A stretch of DNA of 64,000 nt from Penicillus capitatus. Taxonomy: Eukaryota > Plantae > Chlorophyta. A program made the translations under genes and the position numbers. Shown here piece after piece: positions 38,235-50,187 of this stretch. The stretch is from contig OZ287704.1 of NCBI GenBank assembly GCA_965649825.1, forward strand, positions 790,301 through 854,300, read 5' to 3'. The stretch's first letter is position 1, and each line of letters starts with the position of its first letter. The notes beneath the pieces are model-generated. The model was not told the DNA's origin. It searched no databases and was given only the letters and a program-made list of their open reading frames with translations.

Positions 38235-39752
38235 CTATGGAGTATCCTCGTCGTGAAACGAATCATGCTTTTGTGTGATCAGTGGATCTGTGACATTAAG
38301 AAGAGCCATGCCACCGATCAACGCAGCAATGGACAAGCAGGTAACCGCTATACCATAACCCTGATGATCTACGACAATACCAATGATGATAGGGCCCATC
38401 GTCCAGCCAACTCCATTTAAGGTATTGAACAATGCAAGGGCAGTTGCTTTTGTTTCCTTGTCATAATAGCTGCCCACCAATCCAACAATCAAAGCATCAA
38501 GGGAGACAAAAAAACTGATACCAAGACTGAAAGACAACAGCGCACACACAAACGAAATGTGCTTAAAGATCACCCATCCGTAAAGGAACAGACCTGAAGA
38601 AGCCATGATCCATCCTGCCAAACGTGGACGGTTCTTCACATTTGCCGTCACATGACCAAACCAGAGGCTGAAGGCAGCACAGATAGTAAACGGAATAGCA
38701 GTCAGCGCCACAGAAGTAATGCTGGTGGATTTTGAGGAAGCACAAGTGTCGTCATCGTCATCGTCGTCATCCCCATTCAGCATTTCGTCAATGATCAAGG
38801 TCGTCCAGTAGAATGTAGCAGTGATAAGAACACTTCGAATGATACCGTTGAATGAAATGATCCAGAAGTTCTTGTTGTTCACAACTTTGCACACCTCCTG
38901 GTATAATGTCTTGGATTCGCCGTCGCCAACCGGAAGCTTTTCTTTTAGACACTCTTTTTCCTCTGCCGAAAGAAACGATGCCCGATCAATCGTTGGCGGT
39001 AATATCCAGAAAAGAATGCCGCCGTAGAGAATGGGCAAGATGCCTTCGACGAAGAAAAGCAGTCTCCATCCAGAAAACCCAATGACCCCATCTAAACTTA
39101 ACAGACCGGCAGCAATGCAGGCTGCCAGTGGAGAGGCAATGGCAATTGCTGATTCGATCGTAGCATAAGGAAAAGTCAGGCGATCTGGTGGGAAAAAGAT
39201 AGTCAAGAAATACCATACACCAGGAAATGTTCCTCCTTCTGCTACGCCGAGAAAAAAGCGCAGAAAGTAAAAAGCCAAGCGGTTCTGCACGAAGCTGAAT
39301 GATGCGGCGACAGCTCCCCACGACACAAGAAGAAATGCAAACCACAGAGTCGGACCAAATTTTCGACAGAAATGATTGCTGTGAACTTGAAAGATCATAT
39401 AACCGACACCAAAGAGAGACACTCCTAACCCATATCGTGTGTGATTCATGTCGAGTTCTGTGCAGACGTCGGCTGCCACAAAACCTAGATTCCCTCGATC
39501 TAAATAGGAAAGCATGACGATCAGTGCCGTGAATGGCAGGATTTTCCAATGCAATTTTCTGAACGTAGCAGCCGAAAGGGTTTCTTGATTCGTGGATGCG
39601 TCACGCAACAAGCCGTCCGTTTCGGAGGTGGATGCGTCGACCACAGGCTTGTGGACGAGAACCTCTTTGACGTCGTCGGCATCGACTGATGGCTGCATAG
39701 ACCCCATGCGGATATAGGAGCCAAACTGAAGTAGAAGCGGTATTATTGGCAT
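38235..39752 (-). CDS. MFS transporter, ACS/TtuB-like family, intronless
   Basis: 505-aa ORF; YLDRGNLGFV, GVAEGGTFPG, GWRLLFFVEGILP; about 12 TM helices. Confidence 0.9.
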   Translation of the reverse strand: MPIIPLLLQFGSYIRMGSMQPSVDADDVKEVLVHKPVVDASTSETDGLLRDASTNQETLSAATFRKLHWKILPFTALIVMLSYLDRGNLGFVAADVCTELDMNHTRYGLGVSLFGVGYMIFQVHSNHFCRKFGPTLWFAFLLVSWGAVAASFSFVQNRLAFYFLRFFLGVAEGGTFPGVWYFLTIFFPPDRLTFPYATIESAIAIASPLAACIAAGLLSLDGVIGFSGWRLLFFVEGILPILYGGILFWILPPTIDRASFLSAEEKECLKEKLPVGDGESKTLYQEVCKVVNNKNFWIISFNGIIRSVLITATFYWTTLIIDEMLNGDDDDDDDDTCASSKSTSITSVALTAIPFTICAAFSLWFGHVTANVKNRPRLAGWIMASSGLFLYGWVIFKHISFVCALLSFSLGISFFVSLDALIVGLVGSYYDKETKATALALFNTLNGVGWTMGPIIIGIVVDHQGYGIAVTCLSIAALIGGMALLNVTDPLITQKHDSFHDEDTP

Positions 39753-42700
39753 ATCCTGTCACATCATGACCTCATACATCCTACCGCCTTTATGTGCGTT
39801 TATCTCTGGTCTTTCGATAGGCACGAATGCAACCTTTGCGTTGTATCTGTAAGTCTCTTTTGCTTCAACAGCTCATCGGAAGATAATCAGGCAGAATTCG
39901 TCTTTCATGTGCGAAGAATAAGATAGTTTGTTGATGGTTTCTCTGTTAAAACTGATTTCAAAGTAGCACTAAGAACTTTTGAGTAGAGGAGCTAAACGAT
40001 AACTCCTAATTACGCAAAATCTACGAACGACGGTCGTTACGGAGCACTACAATTCCTGATACTTTTTCTGGTTGCACAACTGTTTCTGGAATTGACCACG
40101 AACGTCTCGGATGTCATCGAGGCAATCGAATCTAGCCTCTTTCGAATGATCGTTCGTTCTTCCTGAGAGTGAACAAAGCCTAAACACCAGAAATCAAACA
40201 CTCTTCGATAAACTGCCTACCGGAAAGATGTAAACTGACCTTCAGATTTGGTCATTCCAACTGAATTTCTTCCTTCTATTCGACTGAATCGTCGTTTATT
40301 GGGATCCAAATTCTAAAGTTTTCCCGCCACTTCCCTTCTCTCAAACGCTTGAACGGTTTTACATCCGTATGACACAATCACTCAAGCTACTGTGAAACTG
40401 GTGAGATTCGGGAGACCACTTACTTTTCTCCTGTCCGACTAACTCAAAGAAAAAGCATGTGCACAAGAATCGGAATAGCCCTTAGCCCTTAATTAACTGT
40501 CTTTAAAAAGCTCTATTGAACGTACAAGCCTTGGGAAGCGTTGTCGACTAAGAACTAATCCAATGGTCACTCATATGAGGTGCCTGCTCCAACTCTAAAC
40601 CAGCTTACTGTAGGCTTACGGAAAAGATACTCTTAAATCCCCGCATTTTCTCTCCCCAAGAACGAACAGTCGTGTTTCTCTGCGTCCTCTTTTAAATGAT
40701 ACCATATTTTTTTCTTTTAAGTTTCAATTCAGTCAAAAAAGTCAGTTTCGTGAAGTTATGTATCGAAATACATCTAGTAACGACATTCAATCGCCATTTG
40801 TAATGTATCTGTCGAGATGTGGTGCAAATAACGAATGTAAACTGCAAACCAGGAGAGCTCACGACAGAGGCGCGTTTAAGAATCTCGATACTGATGTGTC
40901 CCGGAAGGGACAGCTGTCCTAATGGCATCAGCACAGGCAACAACTGTCCCTGTACAATAACTGTCATTCATTTAATGTGTTTTCTAGATAGTTAAGAACA
41001 GATCTAGAGTTCCCACGACCAACTGATCATTTGGGTTTTCATGGAGATAGATCTTCTGCAAACTGCGTGAGAGATCTGGCCTTCATAAATCTAGAAATGA
41101 TAGTCGTTTCCCTAAATCTGTCCGACAAGACGGATCGAACGAATGACAGCGCGGTTATTCTTCTTGTGCACACGTCCGTGCCTTGGTGTCACGATGCAGG
41201 CCCGTCTCTAGGCTTCCGCGGCTTCGTTCTCCGCCGCGCGGCCTCGTGATGTCTTCCGAGACTTCTCCGTTTACCTTCTTTTAGCGACAATAGTTAACAT
41301 CATTTCGCACTGTCTGCTAATTCTCCGTATTCTATTCAATCGAAAGGACGTTCTGCAAACTTTAGATGATCCCATTAAAAGTTTGGATAAAAAAACCTCC
41401 GTATTGCAAAAGTCGAAAGGAGACCGCAGATGAATGAACTACACCAAAAAGACATTATCTCCTTTGGTGCTTTAAAATTAACTAAATATCAGAAACGTAC
41501 TTCTGAAAGAAACTTTTAAGACTCCCGACGCTACGACATGTTTTCGATTAAACTCGATGGATGTTGCAATATATTCATCGTTCGCAGCTTGACTTCGAGT
41601 TGATGAAGAGAAATTCACTTTCACCGGCTTGATTCTGTTTATCTCTAAGAACTTGTGTAGTTCACCAAATCTCGTCGTATGTTATTCTACATATGCTTTA
41701 CGGGCATCGTAGTAGAAAAGCTCAATGTCGACGATAAAGTGTTTGTTATCGACAACGCCATCCCTTGGAGGACATGGAGAATGTTATAAGATCAGGCTGT
41801 TCTGAATCTTTAGGGGACGTGTATTGTAAAGTATTTGTAGGGCCGCTATCAGAAAGGAGTACCATAGAAGCTGTATACAGGCCATCTGATTCTTTTTCTG
41901 ATTATGTTGCATCCTTCTCGTTTGGCGGCGAGGTCCGAATAACAGGTCTCAGAGAAGCGCCCTCTTGTCTCAAGCCCCTCTATCCTCAAAGCTCCGTTCT
42001 TCTGGAATGAAGTAGCCATGCCGACAAATCAATTACGCGCGAAAGCGAAGAACATCGGTTGCTCGTTCCATACGGGCAATCTCTGAGAACTTACACTCTC
42101 AGTGATTGAATCTCGACGATGCCCATATTAATGTATGTGCTCAACGACTGAAACTCATGATAGTCGTTTTGATTTCAGCTCAACGATTCGGAACTTAGTA
42201 TCACTCGATTGAACTGGGTAACATATGCGGTAAGTTTACCAAAGGTGCAGATACCTACAATTGGCATCCATCCACTGTTGTCTGCGGTTCTTTATTGAAT
42301 GCACGACGGATGGGTCAGTATACGATGCGGACTACTTTCAGGTATCCTTTATTCCACGGAAGCCAAACAATTATCGACGCCATTGAGGGATATAAGAGAA
42401 GGCAGTTAAAACGATCACAAAAGAGAGATATGTTCTCCATTTACGGTTTATCCCTGAATGGCCCCTTATCTTTGAAGTATTACCGAAAACGTGGCCCGGT
42501 CTATTTCGCAAGAGGGAACGACCACGTTGTCTTCTGCAAGAGCACCAAGCATGCCTTATAGAACAAGCAGGATTCGAGTCTTTATCAATATACTGGAAAA
42601 TCTTGACGAGCTTGCAGTACTTACAACCAGCATATCTTGATCTCTGATGGCGCCCGCCTGACCTCCTAAACGCAGAACACCGTTTGCACAAGGAAGCATT

Positions 42701-43227
42701 GGCGAAGCTGATTCCTTCTGTCGAGGATATCGACCAACGAGAGCATTGTGTTTCGAAGAAATTGTCACCACCGCTGCTGTTTTGGTAGCAGGCTTGTTCA
42801 CTCCATCATTTTCGCCTCCGTTTTCTGTCTGGCTATCGAGTTTCCCAGTAAGAATAGCAGCGTCCTGACATTAGTCTGGTCGCGTCCTTGAACAGCGAAG
42901 ATAGTGGGCGCGGAAGGCGGAGGTGAGTTTAGGAAAGGCGTCGACGAAAGGGACTCGACCCATCGACAAACGCACCACTCACCGAATATACTTTCTTTAC
43001 AGGTAACAGCTTCGACCGTCACTCAATAGCGGCTACAACACAAGCGAGAAACAACAACTTGGGTTCCGACTGTCCATGGGATCAACAACTTGTCGTCAAT
43101 GATCTGTGCTTAACCAACAAAAATCGACACACTTTATCGATGAAGTGTGCCTCTGCCCACTCAAATTTCTGAATTCGAATACTGGCGTTACTACGCACGC
43201 CATCAATCGCGTCAAAAAATCATACTG

Positions 43228-44706
43228 CTAGGGAGCTTGCTGACAATCAGTCAGGTCAAGTTTCTGTGTCGTCAGTGGATCTGTGGCGGTCAGCAGAGTC
43301 AAACCACCTATCAAAGCGGAAATAGCCAGACAGGTGATTGCTCCGCTATACCCCTGATAATCCACCATGAATCCAATAAAAATGGGACCTACTATCATAC
43401 CAACACCATTCAGGGTATTGAACAATGCAAGGGCAGTTGCTTTTGTTTCTTTGTCATAGTAACTGCCCACGAGACCAACAATTAATGCATTAAGTGAAAT
43501 AAAGAAGCTGATCCCAAAACTGAAAGAGATCAATGCACATACAAGTGAGATATGTCGAAAAATCACCCAGCCGTAAAGGAAGAAGCCCGATGTAGCCATA
43601 ATACATCCTGCCAAACCTGAACGATTTTTCACACTGGTTGTCACGTGGCCAAACCAAAGACTGAAGATAGCGGCGATGGTGAAGGGCACTGCTGTTAGTG
43701 ATACAGAAGCAATGGTTGTCGATTTTGAGGATGCACAAGTGTCGTCATCCTCTTCGTCTTCATCATCTCCATTCAACATTTCGTCGATGATCAAGGTTGT
43801 CCAATAGAAAGCTGCAGTCAGAAGCATTCCTCGGATGGCGGCGTTGAATACGATGATCCAGAAGTTTTTGTTGTTTGAGACCTTTGAGATTTCCTGCCAT
43901 AGAGTTCTTGTTTCATTACAGTCTTCTTCTGGATGCTTTTCTTTCAGATATTCCTTTTCCTCTGCCGAAAGAAAAGATGCAGATTCGATCGATGGTGGCA
44001 ACAGCCAGAAAAGAATGCCGCCGTAGAGAATGGGCAGAATGCCTTCGACGAGGAAAAGCAATCTCCATCCAGAAACCCCAAAGAGGCCATCCAGGCTGAG
44101 AAGACCTGCTGCGATGGGTGCTGCCAGAGGAGATGCGATAGAAATGGATGCTTCAATCGTAGAATAGGGAAAAGTTAGACGATCTGGCGGAAAAAAGATA
44201 GTCAAGAAATACCATACGCCAGGAAACGTTCCTCCTTCTGCTACGCCGAGAAAAAAGCGTAAAACATAGAAACCCGTGAGATTCTGCACTAAGCTGAATG
44301 ACGCGGCGACTGTACCCCAAGACACAAGGAGAAAGGCAAACCACAAAATCGGACCAAATTTTCGCAAAAGATAGTTGCTGGGTATTTGAGAAGTTATGTA
44401 GCCGACGCCAAACAGTGCCACGCCGATTCCGTAGCGTGTGTGATTCATACCGAGTTCTCCGCAGACATCGGCGGCGACAAACCCAAGGTTGCCGCGATCT
44501 AGGTAAGACAGCATGACGATAAAGGCTGTGAATGGAAGTACGCGCGCGTGCAGTTTTCTGAAGACGGAAGTCGCAAAAGTCTCTTCGTCGAGTCGGTCGC
44601 CAAGTAGCGCGACAGCCGACTCTGAGCCAGATGCGCCGCTTACATTCTTCGAGTCATACGACACGTCGAGGCGCTTAGCGTCGCTAAAAACCTTAAAGAT
44701 CTGCAT
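43228..44706 (-). CDS. MFS transporter, ACS/TtuB-like family, intronless
   Basis: Same motifs as its neighbours; first in-frame ATG at 44706. Confidence 0.9.
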   Translation of the reverse strand: MQIFKVFSDAKRLDVSYDSKNVSGASGSESAVALLGDRLDEETFATSVFRKLHARVLPFTAFIVMLSYLDRGNLGFVAADVCGELGMNHTRYGIGVALFGVGYITSQIPSNYLLRKFGPILWFAFLLVSWGTVAASFSLVQNLTGFYVLRFFLGVAEGGTFPGVWYFLTIFFPPDRLTFPYSTIEASISIASPLAAPIAAGLLSLDGLFGVSGWRLLFLVEGILPILYGGILFWLLPPSIESASFLSAEEKEYLKEKHPEEDCNETRTLWQEISKVSNNKNFWIIVFNAAIRGMLLTAAFYWTTLIIDEMLNGDDEDEEDDDTCASSKSTTIASVSLTAVPFTIAAIFSLWFGHVTTSVKNRSGLAGCIMATSGFFLYGWVIFRHISLVCALISFSFGISFFISLNALIVGLVGSYYDKETKATALALFNTLNGVGMIVGPIFIGFMVDYQGYSGAITCLAISALIGGLTLLTATDPLTTQKLDLTDCQQAP

Positions 44707-45583
44707 CTGAACGCACTGCGTAGAGAAACTGCTCAAGTGATACTAAAATCCGCGACGCCTAAATGCGTCTACACGGTGTTGCTTTCGTCGGAAAAGGAAC
44801 GAGATTACAAACTGTTTGCGTAGACAGCACTGAAAATGCAGATGTACGTCTTGTTTCTAGGCGATCTGCCTTGGAATTGCGTCTATTCTGTACTGTCAAT
44901 GGATGTCTAGCATAAATGCACAACATATCAGATACACGTGTCCAAAATGAACACTGTAGCTCTCCTTTGCGTATTCGGAAGCGTACCATTTCATCCTGTG
45001 GTCAAATGATAGATTCACGAACACCCGCATCTCAAAAACAGATACAGTATAGCCACACATCGAATGCATTAATGGCATTTCCAGAATCTCGTCCAAACTG
45101 TGAGAGCCCCCAAACTACTCTAAAATTACTGTTTTCATGTGGGAAACAAAGGCGTTCTTCAGATGCAACCATTTCTTCTGGATAGTCTACGGAGAGAAAA
45201 CCGAGAACCACACTCCCAATAGGACATGTTATCTCGCTGCTTTGCCGGAATTGCACAATCAGGTAACATTCTTAATTTACATAGATAAGTATTGCTCAAT
45301 TCCACCTCTGTCTAAACAACCGAACAGATCAACCATTTGAGCTGCACGACGACTTCTATCGATCACCTTCGAACGGCCATTAACTAGTGATTCAAGCCAT
45401 GGTGCTCTTATCTGCTTGAACCTTCTTGGCATAGCGATCATGACTGTGTGCAATCCGCAACTGTACGCGCGATGGGGAGAATGGCAATGTAGACCTGCTG
45501 TGACGATTTACATCCATTCCCTGAAAGAACACCATCCGAGTACAGAACGAACACACTCCCCGATCAAAAGCATTTCGTTATCC

Positions 45584-47182
45584 TTAGTCTTCGTCACCTC
45601 CCTCCCTTGTAGTTGCTCTGCTGCATTCAGCTTTATTGTCTAGGTTCAGACCTTGTCCAGTAAGTGGATCGGTGACAGTAAGTAGAGCCAGACCACCGAT
45701 CAAAGCCGAGATCGATAAGCAAGTCACCGCCACACCATATCCATTGTGTTCAACGATATATCCAACGAAAATGGGACCTATGATCATCCCAGCCCCCGTA
45801 AAAGTATTAAGAAATGCGAGAGCAGTCGCTTTTGTATCCTTGTCATAGTAACTGCCTACGAGGCCCACGATTAAGGCGTTGAGGGATACAAAACAGCTGA
45901 TCCCCAAACTGAACGAGAGCAGAGCGCATACGAACGAGGCATGTCTTAGAATCACCCATCCGTAAAGGAACAGACCTGAAGAAGCCATGATCCTTCCTGC
46001 CAAACGCGAACGATTTCGCACATTGGTTGTTAGACGACCAAAGCAAAGGCTAAAAACAGCGGCGATGGTGAAAGGCACGGCTGTCAACGCCACAGAAGCA
46101 ACACTGGTGGATTCTGAAGAAGAACAAGAGTCACTATCGCCGGCATCGCCGTTCAGCATTTCATCGATGATCAAGGTTGTCCAGTAGACCACGGTTGCGA
46201 GGAGAGCACCTCGAATGGTGCTATTGAGAATGATGATCCAGAAATTGCGGTTCTCGGTGACTGTCCATATCTCCTGCAACAACGTCTTCGTCTCTTTGTT
46301 GTCATCCTTGTGCGTTGCCTTGAGGTATTCCTTCTCTTCTGCCGAAAGAAAAGATGCGTGTTCAATTGTGGGTGGCAACAGCCAGAAAAGAAGACATCCG
46401 TAGATAATGGGCAAGATGCCTTCGACGAAGAAAAGCAGTCTCCATCCAGAAACCCCGAAAAGCCCATCCAAGCTGAGAAGACCTGCAGCAATTGGTGCTG
46501 CCACAGGATGTGCGATAACCATTGCTGCTTCAATCGTAGAGTAAGGAAAAGTCAAGTGATCTGGTGGGAAGAAAAGGGTTAGGAAGTACCAAACGCCAGG
46601 AAATGTTCCGCCCTCTGCTACGCCGAGAAAAAATCGGAGTAGGTAAAAGGCAACCCGAGTCTGAACAAAACTGAACGATGCAGCAACCACTCCCCAAGCA
46701 ATCATGAGCACAGCGAACCAGGTGATCGCCCCGCATTTTCGCAGGAGATAGTTGCTGGGCACTTGAGAAGTGGTGTAGCCAATACCAAAACAGGCCACAC
46801 CGATTCCATATCGCACGTGATTCATGTCAAGTTCCGCACAGACATCGGCAGCCACAAATCCTAGATTTCCACGATCCAGGTAGGAGAGGACGACGATCAA
46901 TGCTGCGAACGGAAGTATGCGCCAGTGCAGTTTCCTGAAGACAGTGGTTGCCAAGGCTTCATCATCCAGAGGCACATGTCGCACCAATCCGATTCTCTCA
47001 TCTGTACATGCAGCGTCCATGATGACAGAATTGGACGAATCATTGACATTCTTGGTCTCTTGCGAAAGCTCAAGGGATCCCATTTGAATATATGATGGTG
47101 CGATCTCGCCAAAACGATTAAGGTGTCCATCTCGCGGCAGGACGACGGTATGTGTCACATCGTCTTTGGAGAGGCCGGACAT
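45584..47182 (-). CDS. MFS transporter, ACS/TtuB-like family, intronless
   Basis: 532-aa ORF with the same motifs. Confidence 0.9.
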   Translation of the reverse strand: MSGLSKDDVTHTVVLPRDGHLNRFGEIAPSYIQMGSLELSQETKNVNDSSNSVIMDAACTDERIGLVRHVPLDDEALATTVFRKLHWRILPFAALIVVLSYLDRGNLGFVAADVCAELDMNHVRYGIGVACFGIGYTTSQVPSNYLLRKCGAITWFAVLMIAWGVVAASFSFVQTRVAFYLLRFFLGVAEGGTFPGVWYFLTLFFPPDHLTFPYSTIEAAMVIAHPVAAPIAAGLLSLDGLFGVSGWRLLFFVEGILPIIYGCLLFWLLPPTIEHASFLSAEEKEYLKATHKDDNKETKTLLQEIWTVTENRNFWIIILNSTIRGALLATVVYWTTLIIDEMLNGDAGDSDSCSSSESTSVASVALTAVPFTIAAVFSLCFGRLTTNVRNRSRLAGRIMASSGLFLYGWVILRHASFVCALLSFSLGISCFVSLNALIVGLVGSYYDKDTKATALAFLNTFTGAGMIIGPIFVGYIVEHNGYGVAVTCLSISALIGGLALLTVTDPLTGQGLNLDNKAECSRATTREGGDED

Positions 47183-47779
47183 GTTTATCTATCCCTTGTT
47201 CAGTTTGACCTTCAGCGAATGACAGTTTTTTCTGTGTTCCTATCGTTCTAGGCGGAAAGTGTGAGTACCAGAATGCCTTGGAGAGCGCTGTCCGAGATGT
47301 GATTGACAAATATGCCTTGCGTAAGTACGACGCCGTTCTTTATTTCGTGCGTCTTTCTTTCAAATATGCGTTGCTTTTTGCACGATATGCCGTGTTTGCA
47401 ACGTCTTTTGGCAGCAGTCTTATCCACGACGTCAATAAAACAGGACACCTCCGTTGCCGACCCTTGTGAACGAGAAAAGCCTGTTTGGTTCAGATGTTGA
47501 ACCGAGCAGTTTCCATTCGTGTCCTTTTAGGTTGTGATGTGACATCCATTGCTCGTCAACTAATCGACATAAGTTTAATATCACAAACGGAGTCAAAACC
47601 AAAAACGAGGCCGCGCTAATCATACCACGATCCACAGATGCTAACTCAAATGAACCATCAAATACGCCATATCTGAAGAAACGGGAAACGCTCGGTGTTT
47701 TGAATCATGAATGAAAATGAGACGAGTGACAGCGATGCAGCAAAACAGAAATGGTATTCTTGAACAGTGGAAAGGATCT

Positions 47780-49971
47780 TCACTTCTCAGTTGTGTAAGA
47801 TATGTGGAACAAACCACCACGAGCCTTGAGAATCTCCGAATCATCTGCCCCCAATGCGCGTGCAATGTCAATCCACACCTGTGATTCAGCAATATGCATC
47901 CAGGTCGATTTGTGAGATCCTGGCATACCTCGGCAGAGCTTTCTGCATAGGCCGACTGTACACAAGCCAGACTCTCTATCATTCGTAGAAAATCTGTTTC
48001 CCTCTGGCTTTCATATCTTTCGATGTCTGTATAGTTTGCTGTTTTGACACGGTCATACTCTCTTTCAGCTGCAGTCACCGTCTCGTTTAGAATCGTAATC
48101 TGATCGTCCACATACTTCATCTGAAGGCAACAATGGATCGATCAAACAACTGTGGAGTCGTTGAGGTGCTTACGCGTCGCTCCTTGCTGGCATATCCGCC
48201 AAGCTTCTTGTCATTGACCTTTGTCAACTCGTCCAGCCTTTTTTGTCGATTCTGTCGCTGGTTCTTCACAACTTGCAGAGTGAGCAGTGCTTGATCTCTG
48301 GCAGCTAAAGCACGCTGAATAGACTAGAAGCATAAAGTCCACAATGACATATCCAAATGCGTCAACTGACAGCGTCTTACTGGCATGACAAAGAGATACT
48401 CGTGGATTTCGCTCAGATCTTGTGCCATCTTTGCTGTGACCTTCCTTGCCAAACGTGCCAGACGAATGAGGGCAATGCCACTTTGTTTAGTGTTTGTGGT
48501 CAGCTGCAAATGCACAAAATGTAAAAATGACTGAGAGCAATGCATCGCTCAACGCACTGCTTGAACAGATTCCGTCACATGTGTGAAACGAGCCAATTCC
48601 ATTCCACCTTCTTCGTCGTACTTCGACAGGCGAATTAAAGACAGGCCCATATCTCCCAGAACACCACTCATGCGATCAAACTTCTTGACATAGATCTCCG
48701 CCTGTAGAACCCGAGAAGTGTGACCGTGTGATAAAGTCATCATCAGTCATACAGCACGAGAGACTTCAGACAATTGATCCCATTGCGCATCGATGTACTG
48801 CGCTTTTCTGCGCAGAATCTTCTCATCGGGGCCAACGGGCGGATTGCCCTTCATTTCATTCTTCATGTTCTGCACACCTTCCCGCATCATGCGGATGAAG
48901 TTGCCTGAACTTCCTCCCCTTATTTAAACAGTGAATACATAAATCGGCAGTCTGACCAGTTTGTTTTCCCGTGTTCGTCACTTCATTAGGTCTAATGAAG
49001 GCGCTTTCTCTCCCAAAAAGCTGCCGAGAGAAGCGTGCCGTCGTCTCGAAAAATGAAGAACGATTTGGTTGCAATGCTCTCCATCTTAAACTCAACCCCA
49101 AACCTCCTTCCATTTCCAAAAACACACGAAGTTCCTGCCGTCATGATCTTAGTGAACAATGCCTTTGCCGGACAAAAGATGGAATCGACCTCGCAGTTCT
49201 TTATCTCTGGATGAACGGCAAGTTTGTTGAGGTACTTCTCTAGAGCCAATCTGCGTTCCTGAATGAACGATCCCGTCATGCGTTGAGCCTCGACAGCATT
49301 CTTTTCGGGGCGAGGCGGAACAATGTATCCACGGAATTTCTCAACGAGTATGGCATCTAATGCGACGAACTCGCGAAAACGACGCCACACGACCACTTCG
49401 GCATTCCTTCGTGTGGTGATGACTTTATACTGAGTGTAAGCACCTAGACCCATACCGTCACTCTCTTTACACTCTCTGACCCATCCTCAACGCACTATTC
49501 AATCCGAAGAATCCTGGTTGATCAGCCCGACGAGGATCCGTTACGCAAATGTGAAACTCAGGGGTGGATTCCTTCTTCGCATTCTTCCCATCTGGTGCCT
49601 GTCCACAGCATAACTGCATTTGAAGGAAGAGTGGACATGGATGGGTCACGCAACGGATGTCACTGTTTCATAGATGGCATTTTCGTCGTACGTCGGTGGC
49701 CCCACGAGATGGCCGATAGCAGAAAAGTTGTCCGTTTCAGAATCGGACTCCTCCTCATGTCCCAGACTTCCACCCAGAGAAGACTGCGCCGAGGGACGCG
49801 CTCCAAAGAACGACAGTACGCCCCCGCTGGGCCTCTTCTCCACAACGTGCGCCGTCGTCTCTACCTATATCGTTGCAGCAACACCCTTTCCGTCTACCAC
49901 GCCTTGCGTGCTCGTACTTCGACGACGACAGGAGCGGACAGAGGGTCCTGTACAGTTTCGTTTTGTTGCAT
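47780..49971 (-). CDS. SNX2: Sorting nexin, PX + Vps5/BAR domain (SNX2-like), spliced
   Basis: PPTY motif; PX domain YTQYKVITT...VWRRFREFVALD...IVPPRPEKN...FIQERRLALEKYL; coiled-coil BAR C-terminus ending YTTEK. Start inferred via a 53-nt intron. Confidence 0.8.
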
Positions 49972-50187
49972 TGGTAATGCAGAACCGACAGCGAATAGTG
50001 ATAGTCCACCGCGACGGACGTGAATGGAACTGAGATAAAGGAGAGTTTGTACGCGACGTGATGGAGTGTGTACACAGCGCTGACGGACACGAAAACCGGC
50101 AGCGAAAGTCGTGATCGGTACGCGCACCGGCATTCTTGTCTTTGCTAAAAAACAAAACTATCATCACGTCGACGGCGGTGCAGCACC
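49972..50187. promoter_or_regulatory. Putative bidirectional promoter SNX2-like/COPB1, ~216 bp
   Basis: Divergent predicted starts at 49971 and 50188. Confidence 0.4.
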
